DNA from: Promethearchaeota archaeon
GTDB taxonomy: Archaea > Asgardarchaeota > Thorarchaeia > Thorarchaeales > Thorarchaeaceae
Direction of reading: 5' to 3'
Assembly (NCBI GenBank): GCA_014728035.1
Contig: WJMJ01000059.1
Coordinates: 192,001 to 256,000 of the forward strand
Length of the DNA stretch: 64,000 nucleotides
The position numbers and the translations under genes were made by a program. The notes below the pieces were generated by a model. The model worked only from the letters and a program-made list of their open reading frames with translations. It had not been told where the DNA came from and searched no databases. Positions 9,764 to 18,250 of this stretch are shown piece after piece. Each line of letters starts with the position of its first letter. Position 1 is the first letter of the stretch.

Positions 9764-10156
9764 CGAACATCAAGTTGTGGCAACCACACTGATTGATAAG
9801 TTTCTCTGCTATTTATGGTACTTTTAAATAATCAAAGCTAATCCCCGTCTATTATGCAGTATTTTTTTGCATATTATTGCTGTTGAGATACAATCTTGTC
9901 AGCTTTATCTTTTCTTATGTGTATCGGGCCCAATCGAGCTTTCGGTGAGTTGCGAATGGTTGAGGACGGTGAGAAGAATCATATCCTCTTGCTGGAGTAA
10001 TACTACCACTGTCTGTAGGACCTGGTTGGCTAGTTTTTAGCTATAATAGGCTCGTATTGCTGTTTGATTTGGCATCAATCCAATATGTATTGATTAATTC
10101 ATGGAGATTATTACGAATTTACCAAGCTAGTCTGGTTCATCACACAGGATTGTCTG

Positions 10157-10660
10157 CTAATCTCTCTTTTCAGAAAGAGCACGTAAAGATTCTAACACAT
10201 CCTCATCAACACAATGCAGTTTGATCATTTTCTCTGTATCAATATCATAGATTAGAATGTTATACCATGTTCCTGCATCTTCATGGTCTTCAGAGATTTT
10301 CAGAAATTCGTTAGTTTTCTTGTCAATAAAGACAGAGCGTGGAATTGCTTCAATAATCCCGGCCCCTCTAACCTCAATAATCCTCTGATTAGTGAGGTAA
10401 TATGAGGTTCTCCTGATATTGATGAATCTTGCAAGATAGTATATAATACCAGCTAGTAACAGGATTGAAATTCCAATCCCCCATCTCTCGCCCAATACAA
10501 TTGCAGAAATTGGAATCACAAACACGGATGCCAATGGTAAGCATCCTCCACAAAACATTGTTAGGAAAGGAGTTCCTGCCTTTTCGTGCCAAATTACTTG
10601 TTCATCCGTTTTTAATCCGTATTCTGGTGGATTAAAGCGTTCTCGCTCAACATATGTCAT
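10157..10660 (-). CDS. membrane protein, two TM helices followed by a bacterial PH-like domain
   Basis: DEQVIWHEK, two hydrophobic helices, then YYLTNQRII, typical of bPH domains. Confidence 0.65.
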   Translation of the reverse strand: MTYVERERFNPPEYGLKTDEQVIWHEKAGTPFLTMFCGGCLPLASVFVIPISAIVLGERWGIGISILLLAGIIYYLARFINIRRTSYYLTNQRIIEVRGAGIIEAIPRSVFIDKKTNEFLKISEDHEDAGTWYNILIYDIDTEKMIKLHCVDEDVLESLRALSEKRD

Positions 10661-10768
10661 GAGAAATCAAAAATTGATTGTTTCTCTTGGATTTGAATCT
10701 TCTTAGCTACCAGAAAATACACCAACTATATGGTTTCAAATCTCGTTGCCCTCTGGAATTAGAAGAAA

Positions 10769-10843
10769 TGGTGCGCTCGCCGGGACTTGAACCCGGGCCG
10801 GATCCGTGGCAGGGATCCATCATAGCCACTAGACAACGAGCGC
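10769..10843 (-). tRNA. tRNA-Gly(GCC), intronless
   Basis: GCGCTCG...GATCC-CTGCCAC-GGATC...CCGGG-TTCAAGT-CCCGG-CGAGCGC-A-CCA. Confidence 0.95.
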
Positions 10844-10963
10844 GATAAAACCCACGTTTTATTGTGCGGGTTTCAGAGAGAGTCCACGCTGATAAACTTC
10901 AACTGTGAATCCTTTCTGACCTATTCCGCATAGCATGCGTTAAAAAGCTTATCGAAGTAGTAA

Positions 10964-12148
10964 ATGTCAAGAAGGAATAATTCAATCCAGAACATGGGAG
11001 CAAACAGAATGCAGCGTTCGGGACCACGAAGAATGCAATGGCTGGATATAGCAAAAGGGTTTGGAATAATAATTGTAATGATTATCCATTCCATCATGCC
11101 CGTGGTAAATGCCATCTCGACGCATCTGAGTAGTTTTGTGATTCCACTATTTTTCTTTATGGCTGGAATAACCTATAATAATGAAAAGCATCGGGGCCGA
11201 TTGACAAGATTTGCAAAGACTCGGGGAAAACGTTTCTTGATTCCTTACTTTATTATCTACATTTTTGTTCTTCTGGTTCTTGTTCCTGCTAGTATCTTTG
11301 TCGAGCTTCCTATTACAGCAAATGAGCTATTTTTCTGGTTCATTTATGGTGCTGGTCCTCCATACATGGCCCTTCACATCTGGTTTTTACCAGTACTGTT
11401 CTTTGGGCTTCTTCTCTTTGCTGTTGGAGATCGTATTGCAAATGGGAATGAGTTTGCGCTTTTTGGAATTTTCGTTCTCTTAATGCCCCTTGCAGCATAT
11501 TTTCTTTGGATTATGTTTCAGCCCGTGCTTATACCCTGGCACCTCAGTAGTATTATGTTGGCATCGATCTTCGTATATGTTGGAAATACATTCCGATATA
11601 AGCGGGGTTTGACCCCCCTCACCAAGGACAATACTATCCTTGATATTCTTGCAGTTGTTATCTTATCTGCTATTACCCTTTTAGTATCCCAATTGAACGG
11701 ATATGTGGATATGGCAATGGATAACTATGGGGTATCACCTTTCTTGTATCTCATAACCGGAATCACGGGCTCGATTCTGATTCTTGTCCTATCTCATCTT
11801 ATGACAAAAAGCTCTCACGCTAGCCGATTCATGCTTGCATATGGTAGTCAGTCTCAAGAGATTTATGAGAGTCATCCTGCAGGGTTTCCTCTTACTGCCG
11901 GGCTGTTTATACTTCTTGGATTTTCCATTGCTGATTTAGCTAATTTGCATCTAGTACTATGGCCAGCAAGGTTTATTGCTGCTATGCTTGTTGGTTACTA
12001 CTTTGTAAAATATGGTGTCAACAGAAGCAGAGTACTATCCTTCATCTTCAGAGGTGTTGCAAAGACTGAGGCCGGAAGAAAGACTAGTAAACTACCTGGT
12101 TCTGAGAAGCCCACTGAGCTGCCGTATTCGAAGCATTCGGAAAGTTGA
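10964..12148 (+). CDS. acyltransferase family 3 (OafA/fucose 4-O-acetylase-like) membrane protein
   Basis: RMQWLDIAKGFGIIIVMIIH, SFVIPLFFFMAG, IWFLPVLF; about 10 TM segments. Confidence 0.88.
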   Translation: MSRRNNSIQNMGANRMQRSGPRRMQWLDIAKGFGIIIVMIIHSIMPVVNAISTHLSSFVIPLFFFMAGITYNNEKHRGRLTRFAKTRGKRFLIPYFIIYIFVLLVLVPASIFVELPITANELFFWFIYGAGPPYMALHIWFLPVLFFGLLLFAVGDRIANGNEFALFGIFVLLMPLAAYFLWIMFQPVLIPWHLSSIMLASIFVYVGNTFRYKRGLTPLTKDNTILDILAVVILSAITLLVSQLNGYVDMAMDNYGVSPFLYLITGITGSILILVLSHLMTKSSHASRFMLAYGSQSQEIYESHPAGFPLTAGLFILLGFSIADLANLHLVLWPARFIAAMLVGYYFVKYGVNRSRVLSFIFRGVAKTEAGRKTSKLPGSEKPTELPYSKHSES

Positions 12149-13090
12149 TTCGCATTCGATTTCTGCCTTAGTACGTTCATGAAGATCCATTGCCATAAAA
12201 TCTCCATTAATCCAAAATCCTTCCTCTTTGTGACTTAACATACATTCGGGAAACAGATATGTTCCCTTTGGGGTTCTATATGATTCTAAATCTCCGAGTG
12301 CTTTTCTAAACCATTTACTCTCTTGAATAATCCATAGTGGTGCTAGCAATTCCAAAATGAGTAGTAAGTTGTTTTGTCGTTTTTCCACTTTTGAAATGAT
12401 GCTTGACAAGAGATAGTCACATCTTTCAGCTTGACTCATCTCATTCTTTTTCACTTCTTTACACACTTGAAAAACAATTTCCTCTATTTGATTTCGAGTG
12501 AATTCGTTTTTCATGAGGGTCTGCATATGGCTAAGACCAATGACATCATAAATTGAAATGTTCTGAGGATTTTTGTTCAAGTCCCCAAGTCTGTCGTGAT
12601 ACATGTTTTGGACTGGACGTATGGAACCATATCCTGTTAGAGAAAGAAATGCGCTTACGATTTGACAATCCTGGGATTTCGGATCATTGTTTCGCTTCAA
12701 CCAAACTCGATACGGCAAGGTCTTTAGATCAAAGAGCTGCATTCCAGCCCGTATTCCCATTTGGAATAGTATGCCCATTATATTTTCGAATGCGTAGAGA
12801 GATGCTGAGTGGATTGATTCTGAATTGATTTCATTTGGTATTGCTTCGACCAGCTCCACTATGGCTGGGTCCATTTCCAACACGGAGAATGTTCTTCCAA
12901 CTTCTCCAATATCTGGTCTGTCTAGAATGTCAATCAAAGTACGAAATTTCACAGTGGTACCTGCGTTATTGACCAGCCAGTTAGTCAGCTCGAAATCCTG
13001 TATTGTAGAAACCTCCTGTTTTCGTGGATAACATAGAGCAAAGCGCAGAGTTAATAGAAGTTGTTTTCTGTCGTGTTTATGAAAATGCAA
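12092..13090 (-). CDS. hypothetical protein (true start probably near 13003)
   Basis: Long ORF; GGAGGT lies just upstream of ATA-CAG-GAT. Overlaps the convergent acyltransferase 3' end. Confidence 0.65.
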   Translation of the reverse strand: MHFHKHDRKQLLLTLRFALCYPRKQEVSTIQDFELTNWLVNNAGTTVKFRTLIDILDRPDIGEVGRTFSVLEMDPAIVELVEAIPNEINSESIHSASLYAFENIMGILFQMGIRAGMQLFDLKTLPYRVWLKRNNDPKSQDCQIVSAFLSLTGYGSIRPVQNMYHDRLGDLNKNPQNISIYDVIGLSHMQTLMKNEFTRNQIEEIVFQVCKEVKKNEMSQAERCDYLLSSIISKVEKRQNNLLLILELLAPLWIIQESKWFRKALGDLESYRTPKGTYLFPECMLSHKEEGFWINGDFMAMDLHERTKAEIECESTFRMLRIRQLSGLLRTR

Positions 13091-13806
13091 TGAATACTTC
13101 AGTTGATTTAGCTCACTTAAAAAAAGAGATTATGCAGGATATATACAACAATCGTATGCTCCTTACTTCAAAACGTGACCGTCCTGAGGGCTGGACTTTG
13201 CATTCCGGTCTCTGGAGTCCATTCTATATACAACTGCGAATTCTTAGCTCATTTCCTTCCACTCTGAAGAAAGTCGGTGTAGCAATGACTCGATTGATTC
13301 ATGAAAAAGTTCCTCATGTTGATAGGATTGTTGGCATTGCTTTTGCTGGGGTTCCCATTGCTACAGCTATTTCGTTGGAATCGCGGATTCCTTCATGCCA
13401 TACCAGAAAACTATCCGGTGTTCGCAGCTCCGATGAACTATCAGAAGCTCTCTCATCTTATGGTCAACACTCACTACTGGAAGGAGAAATAAATGATGGT
13501 GATGTTTTGTGTTTAGTTGACGACCTTGTTACTGGGATGACGAGCAAGTTGGTCGCACGCGACCAGATTCAAGCAGAAATTAAAAGACGCAACTTGACCG
13601 ATGTCATATGTGAGGATATTGTAGTAATCGTAGATCGTCAACAGGGCGCTGTAGAAAAAGCAAAAGCAGCTGGATTAAACCTCTATTCCTTAATTGATTT
13701 TGTTGATGAAGGTTTACCCTTTTTGAAAGATCTCATGGTAAAAGAGGAATACGAACTTGTGTCGGGCTACTTGACAAATCCTCAAGATTTTCAACCAGGT
13801 GATTGA
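13090..13806 (+). CDS. pyrE: orotate phosphoribosyltransferase-like PRTase
   Basis: WTLHSGLWSPFYIQLR, PRPP loop LVDDLVTGMTSK, VIVDRQQG. Confidence 0.82.
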   Translation: MNTSVDLAHLKKEIMQDIYNNRMLLTSKRDRPEGWTLHSGLWSPFYIQLRILSSFPSTLKKVGVAMTRLIHEKVPHVDRIVGIAFAGVPIATAISLESRIPSCHTRKLSGVRSSDELSEALSSYGQHSLLEGEINDGDVLCLVDDLVTGMTSKLVARDQIQAEIKRRNLTDVICEDIVVIVDRQQGAVEKAKAAGLNLYSLIDFVDEGLPFLKDLMVKEEYELVSGYLTNPQDFQPGD

Positions 13807-13849
13807 TATCCATTATCCTTATCTCACATGTAGTATATGTAGTTGAAAT

Positions 13850-14299
13850 ATGAGTCGTCGTGAGAATCCAGTATACAATATGTTGAATTTGGCTCTTGCC
13901 AATTCATTGAATCATATTCAGTTCTATATGGACGCTGCTAATGTGGTTGAAACTCCTAAGATTAAAGCTCTATTATTGGTTCTTGCAGAAGCTGAGGAGG
14001 AGCTGGCTGAGAAAATTGAGGATATGATGCTAACCGGAATTGTAGACGAAGTGGTTGAAGCTGCTGATATGGACTTGCAGGATCCCGATGAAACCCCTTT
14101 CGATTTAACACGTGAAGATTCAGACCCGCGGATATTCATATGCAACAAAGCTCTACGACAAGAAGTAAACGGATTTTCATTCTATCGTTCAATTGCATTT
14201 CGCGCCAAATCTCCAGTTGTGAAACGACTTTTCACATTCTTTGCAAATTTCAAAATGGAACAGATTAAGAAAATTCGGAAAATTTGCAAAACCTTCTGA
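13850..14299 (+). CDS. ferritin/rubrerythrin-like four-helix protein
   Basis: Two similar helical halves (FYMDAA...KALLLVLAEAEEE / EVNGFSFYRSIA...KRLFTFFA). Confidence 0.6.
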   Translation: MSRRENPVYNMLNLALANSLNHIQFYMDAANVVETPKIKALLLVLAEAEEELAEKIEDMMLTGIVDEVVEAADMDLQDPDETPFDLTREDSDPRIFICNKALRQEVNGFSFYRSIAFRAKSPVVKRLFTFFANFKMEQIKKIRKICKTF

Positions 14300-14367
14300 T
14301 TTTCTCTTTTCATCTAATGTATGCATTCAATGGACGTTTCAGACGTTTCTAGGATTCTAACCTGTTT

Positions 14368-14387
14368 ATTAGAACACGTGTTCTAAT
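14368..14387. promoter_or_regulatory. perfect 20-bp palindrome ATTAGAACACGTGTTCTAAT among several TTCTA/TAGAA half-sites
   Basis: Read directly; followed by a very AT-rich tract at 14390-14465. Confidence 0.6.
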
Positions 14388-14506
14388 TATTCTACATTAT
14401 TTAGAAGAACATCTATTCGAATAAAAACATAGATATATTTATATATAATTGATTATATACTATTCTTGTGACGGCCGGGAGGTCGAACAAAGACAACTCT
14501 CTCTAC

Positions 14507-14537
14507 CACTTCCACTGGAAGTGAAGGGGTAGGGGGG
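14507..14537 (+). other. ORB-like (Orc1/Cdc6 origin-recognition box-like) motif or RNA hairpin
   Basis: CACTTCCACTGGAAGTGAAGGGGTAGGGGGG, i.e. a TTCCAnnGGAA core plus a G-string. Confidence 0.45.
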
Positions 14538-14554
14538 ATTGGAGCAGTAAACTG

Positions 14555-14944
14555 GTGAACGACGTGATCGATGATAAATCCGTATTTATTCCGCCCATTG
14601 TTCTGGCGGAGTTTGAAGAGTTCAGACATTTCGCACGGCAGGCAGCAATAGTAGCCTATAAGCCCGAGTATTTCCACAGCCCATTTCTCGATGACACAAA
14701 GAGACTAAGACGAATTACACTCAATGCGATTGGTGTTAGAGTGAAGGGTGTAGCATTGACGTTCAAGTATGTCTTGGATTACAACACTCTTTGTGACCCA
14801 TCAAAGACATGGGACGAACAAGTTGCAGAAGTGGATGATCTCATGAGCAGTGTGGTCAACTGTCTCAGAGAAGAAAGCACACTTGTACGTGGTAGTTTGG
14901 ATACTGAAACCGCTTTAGGCGAAACTTTGGTAATGCGCCCGTGA
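14555..14944 (+). CDS. hypothetical protein
   Basis: 129-aa ORF, GTG start with GGAG upstream. Confidence 0.65.
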   Translation: MNDVIDDKSVFIPPIVLAEFEEFRHFARQAAIVAYKPEYFHSPFLDDTKRLRRITLNAIGVRVKGVALTFKYVLDYNTLCDPSKTWDEQVAEVDDLMSSVVNCLREESTLVRGSLDTETALGETLVMRP

Positions 14945-15078
14945 ACTGTGCATGCTTCACAAACCGCATTTGTCTGGAAGAATAGCTGCTTCCCCCTACC
15001 CATATTTAGAAAGGGCCTGCTCCAGTCCCTACACCAAAAATCATATGCGATGCTGTAATCGATAGAGTGTGAACCAAA

Positions 15079-15600
15079 GTGAATGAAGTCGAACCAGTCG
15101 AGGACCTATTTCCTCGAATATTAGAAAAGTTCAATGAACATCCTAGAGGGTGGAGGGTGCTAAGCACACCGCATGGAGAGATGCTATTTGTTGGAACTGA
15201 CACTTCTTTTCAGGTAAAAGCAATTCCTTTGGGCCCCAAAAAATTCACAGGCGCCGGAATGGAGATTTCTAGTCCGAGAAAAGTTATTGATACTTTGAGA
15301 AGAACACCTGAATATGGACTACGTCCCTTGAAACGAGTTGACCTTCAAAAACTTATGGCGTCTATGGAAAATCCTAGTCTTACTTCTGAACACCTCCAAG
15401 AGATTATTCAGCGGGCTCCTATAGCTCCCCATGAAATCAATCCCGAACTTGAGAATCCTTTTCTAACTGGTCCTGTGCTTACTAGGCCTGACTTGAGTTC
15501 TATAAGTACAGAAATTGGAACATCACAGAAACGTCTTGATGAATATGCTCGAGAGAATTTTCGGAAACGCTATCCTATGCGTGCGGGTATGTATTTTTGA
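15079..15600 (+). CDS. conserved archaeal hypothetical protein ending in an HbYX-like motif (-MYF)
   Basis: 173-aa ORF; PRGWRV...FQVK...FTGAG pattern. Confidence 0.65.
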   Translation: MNEVEPVEDLFPRILEKFNEHPRGWRVLSTPHGEMLFVGTDTSFQVKAIPLGPKKFTGAGMEISSPRKVIDTLRRTPEYGLRPLKRVDLQKLMASMENPSLTSEHLQEIIQRAPIAPHEINPELENPFLTGPVLTRPDLSSISTEIGTSQKRLDEYARENFRKRYPMRAGMYF

Positions 15601-15667
15601 TTCATACCCGAAAGACTATACCGATAATTGAATCATCCCGTCATGTTATATTGGAGCTTTAAATTTA

Positions 15668-16156
15668 ATGATTCGAAATATAATCATACTTGATGATGTT
15701 GGCAGACATCTTTTTGCTACAAACTTTGGAGCGTGTCACTCTTTAGGTGAGGACTCTGAAGCATTAACTGGTTTCATTAGTGCTCTCCATTCATTTGGTC
15801 ATGACCTCTCTGGCTCTGGAGTTGATGAGATTCAATTTGGTGACCTCTATATTCTTCTTTTACACAGACAGAATCTGATATTCGCATTAACTGCTGATGA
15901 TGATGCTGCTGAAAAAAACAAAGTGAAGCTTGGGATAATATCGGATATGTTTCTTAAACACTATCAAGCAGTTCTATCAAACCTAAGTGATTCGGATGTT
16001 CTTGATTCTTTTGCTGAATTTGAAGACTTATTGTTACAGAATGATTTAGTGATGAAAAATTGTGGAAAGCTTGATGACTGTAGTCAATGTCCTAATCGTA
16101 CGAAATCCCTTCCGCTTGATATGATTTCAGGACCTACTAATGATACTGAAACATGA
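15668..16156 (+). CDS. longin-like domain protein with C-terminal Cys cluster
   Basis: MIRNIIILDDVGRHLF...LTGFISALHSF...IQFGD...LIFALTAD longin pattern; ends with CGKLDDCSQCP. Confidence 0.72.
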   Translation: MIRNIIILDDVGRHLFATNFGACHSLGEDSEALTGFISALHSFGHDLSGSGVDEIQFGDLYILLLHRQNLIFALTADDDAAEKNKVKLGIISDMFLKHYQAVLSNLSDSDVLDSFAEFEDLLLQNDLVMKNCGKLDDCSQCPNRTKSLPLDMISGPTNDTET

Positions 16157-16228
16157 CCAATCTTGTGTATAGTCTGCGTTGAAACTCTATCTAATATATT
16201 GAAAATACACAAGCTAATTCGATTTGTA

Positions 16229-17305
16229 ATGAACATCCGATTGCTAATCTTGGCTATTCTCTTAGTTTCACTCACATATACTCCTACCACTCGTGGTATA
16301 GCAGCAGAAGACCAGGTATCTGATATTAACGCACTTGTTCTTATTGGTGACTATTTTGGTTGGAATTATTTTGATGTCCGGGATATTCTATTATCTTGGG
16401 GCGTATCCGTAACAACGGTGGCATATTCACTTGATCATGAGATTCCCTCATGTTCCAATAGAGAACCACGACCAATAACTGCAGATCTATTGTTTTCTGA
16501 ATGCAGTAATGATATGTTACTTGATTATGACTGCCTAATCATCCCTTCTGGAGGTCAGTGGCATACACTATCATCAAGTGCTCGTGTTGTTGAATTCATC
16601 ACTGCTGCATATGAACGCGGACTTGTGGTTTCTTCAATATGTATTGGAAACCAAGTACTTGGCCAGGCTGATGATGTTGTTAATGGGTCTCGTGTAGCTT
16701 CATATACTGGTTCGAATGAACGAATGCATAGTGCAGGTGCAATACCAGTTTCTGGAACCGAAGTGGTAGCTGATGGTAGAATAATCACAGGCGGTGGTGG
16801 AGGTAGCATATCTGGAGGTGGCTATACGGTCGCACCGACCTATCAAACTTGTGCTTCAATAGTGTCTGAGATTCTAAAGGTATCTTATCTAGACTCTCTT
16901 CTCATTGAATCTGTCCCATCAGAATCTGCTGGTTTTTCCTATTTAGCACAGGTTGAAATCAACAATCCGTCTCTTGAATATTCGTTTCTCAATTCAACTG
17001 AAATCGAGTCGGTCAGTCTGGAGATTGTGTCTGTTACTGGAGAGATTATTGATGAGATAGACCTTACCGGCGATTCAGGAGTGTACTTTGGTTCTTTCAG
17101 TGTTGAGTCTGGCACATATCAGACTAACATCAAGGTCACTACTGTGGACAAAGTGTTGGACATATCGCACGATGTTGAACCAATCAATACAGGTATAGCA
17201 ATTAATCCATTGATAATTGGAGCTCTATCTGTATCTATAACAATTGCAGTTGTAATGATAGTAATTATCGCTCGCAGGCGTCAGAATATGCAATCAATCA
17301 ATTAA
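16229..17305 (+). CDS. secreted, membrane-anchored DJ-1/PfpI-family protein
   Basis: N-terminal signal peptide, YDCLIIPSGG, SSICIG nucleophile elbow, VVADGRIITG, C-terminal TM followed by RRR. Confidence 0.8.
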   Translation: MNIRLLILAILLVSLTYTPTTRGIAAEDQVSDINALVLIGDYFGWNYFDVRDILLSWGVSVTTVAYSLDHEIPSCSNREPRPITADLLFSECSNDMLLDYDCLIIPSGGQWHTLSSSARVVEFITAAYERGLVVSSICIGNQVLGQADDVVNGSRVASYTGSNERMHSAGAIPVSGTEVVADGRIITGGGGGSISGGGYTVAPTYQTCASIVSEILKVSYLDSLLIESVPSESAGFSYLAQVEINNPSLEYSFLNSTEIESVSLEIVSVTGEIIDEIDLTGDSGVYFGSFSVESGTYQTNIKVTTVDKVLDISHDVEPINTGIAINPLIIGALSVSITIAVVMIVIIARRRQNMQSIN

Positions 17306-17366
17306 TACCGTTGAAGAAAGTGAAAATTTGGTCTATGAACTGATTGAAGTATGATTGTATAGAAAA

Positions 17367-17444
17367 TGGTGGGCCGAGCCGGATTCGAACCAGCGATCAC
17401 CGCACTGTCAATGCGGTATCATAGCCGAGCTAGACCATCGGCCC
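17367..17444 (-). tRNA. tRNA-Val(GAC), intronless
   Basis: GGGCCGA...CCGCA-TTGACAG-TGCGG...GCTGG-TTCGAAT-CCGGC-TCGGCCC-A-CCA. Confidence 0.95.
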
Positions 17445-17535
17445 ATTAATTCTTTGCACCACGTTAGGAGATTAAAAAGATTGTGTCTTTGCCAAAAGTG
17501 TAGGCGATTATTAGGGCCAGTCATAACTAGTCTTC

Positions 17536-17772
17536 ATGACAATACGAAAATGGCGGGTCATTGATGGTCATGTGTATCGCCTATCTGGCAAATATGATGA
17601 TATGCGACAGGCATTAGCTAAGGTGCAAAGTCTGCGTGAAGAATCATCAACCGCTGTAATCGAAACAGCTGAAGGTTTATGGTTGGTATATTGGAAACCA
17701 AGATTGGATATTGAACGGTGTTCTAGTCTTTATGCAATACACAACCAGTCGAAGTGCAATTCATTGGATTAA
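17536..17772 (+). CDS. small hypothetical protein
   Basis: 78-aa ORF (RVIDGHVYRL...WLVYWKP). Confidence 0.55.
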   Translation: MTIRKWRVIDGHVYRLSGKYDDMRQALAKVQSLREESSTAVIETAEGLWLVYWKPRLDIERCSSLYAIHNQSKCNSLD

Positions 17773-17802
17773 ATTAAATATCATTATTGTTGAGATGAAA
17801 GT

Positions 17803-18045
17803 ATGACATTGGATAGGATTCGTAATGATGACTCTACGGATGAACACATCAAAACGATTGAAGAAATGGGGTGTGTCGTTTCCTTAGAGAACCTTGGCGT
17901 ATTTGAAAAGATGATTCGAAACCATCTCCCCACTACTACTATCAATATTTCCCAGTGGACATTCTATGCTATCAGATCTCTCCTTTTGATTTGCAGAGAG
18001 CATAATCTTCGCATCCAAATGATATATGATGGCACTCATATCACC
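17803..18045 (+). pseudogene. 5' part (81 codons) of a hypothetical gene interrupted by the IS607-family element
   Basis: Joins in frame to 20641-20715 when 18046-20640 is removed. Confidence 0.7.
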
Positions 18046-18250
18046 GTTGATTGTTACTTGGACAAACTTGGACATCAAGCAGTCCGTCCAGCAACGGTAC
18101 TGGACTGATACACATCAATAATATTTCTTGCGGCATTGACATCCGCGTGTAACTCTGACCCACAGTGAGGACAATAGAAGTATTCCCCGCCGGGACGTTT
18201 GGTTCGAGCTCCCTGTTTCTCCACCCGCATCCCACGCTCTCCACAGGCAT
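18046..18250 (-). ncRNA. predicted omegaRNA scaffold overlapping the tnpB 3' end (5' boundary approximate)
   Basis: Hairpin GTCCAGTA-CCGT-TGCTGGAC (18086-18105); its CCGTTG can pair with the element's terminal CAACGG, forming a pseudoknot. Confidence 0.55.
18058..18075 (+). repeat. right-end subterminal motif TTGGACAAACTTGGACAT (putative TnpA binding sites)
   Basis: 17/18 inverted match to 20606-20623; TTGGACA repeated with 10-bp period. Confidence 0.8.

Noticed and set aside
9770-10150. 380-bp gap as ncRNA or decayed gene
   Set aside because: No ORF of 60 aa or more, and no convincing structure or homology could be supported.
14372-14383. GAAC-N4-GTTC as a LexA SOS box
   Set aside because: It matches the Gram-positive consensus, but LexA regulation is not expected in this archaeon; kept only as a palindrome.
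17355-17564. 69-aa ORF MYRKWWAEPDSNQR...
   Set aside because: Antisense translation of tRNA-Val(GAC).
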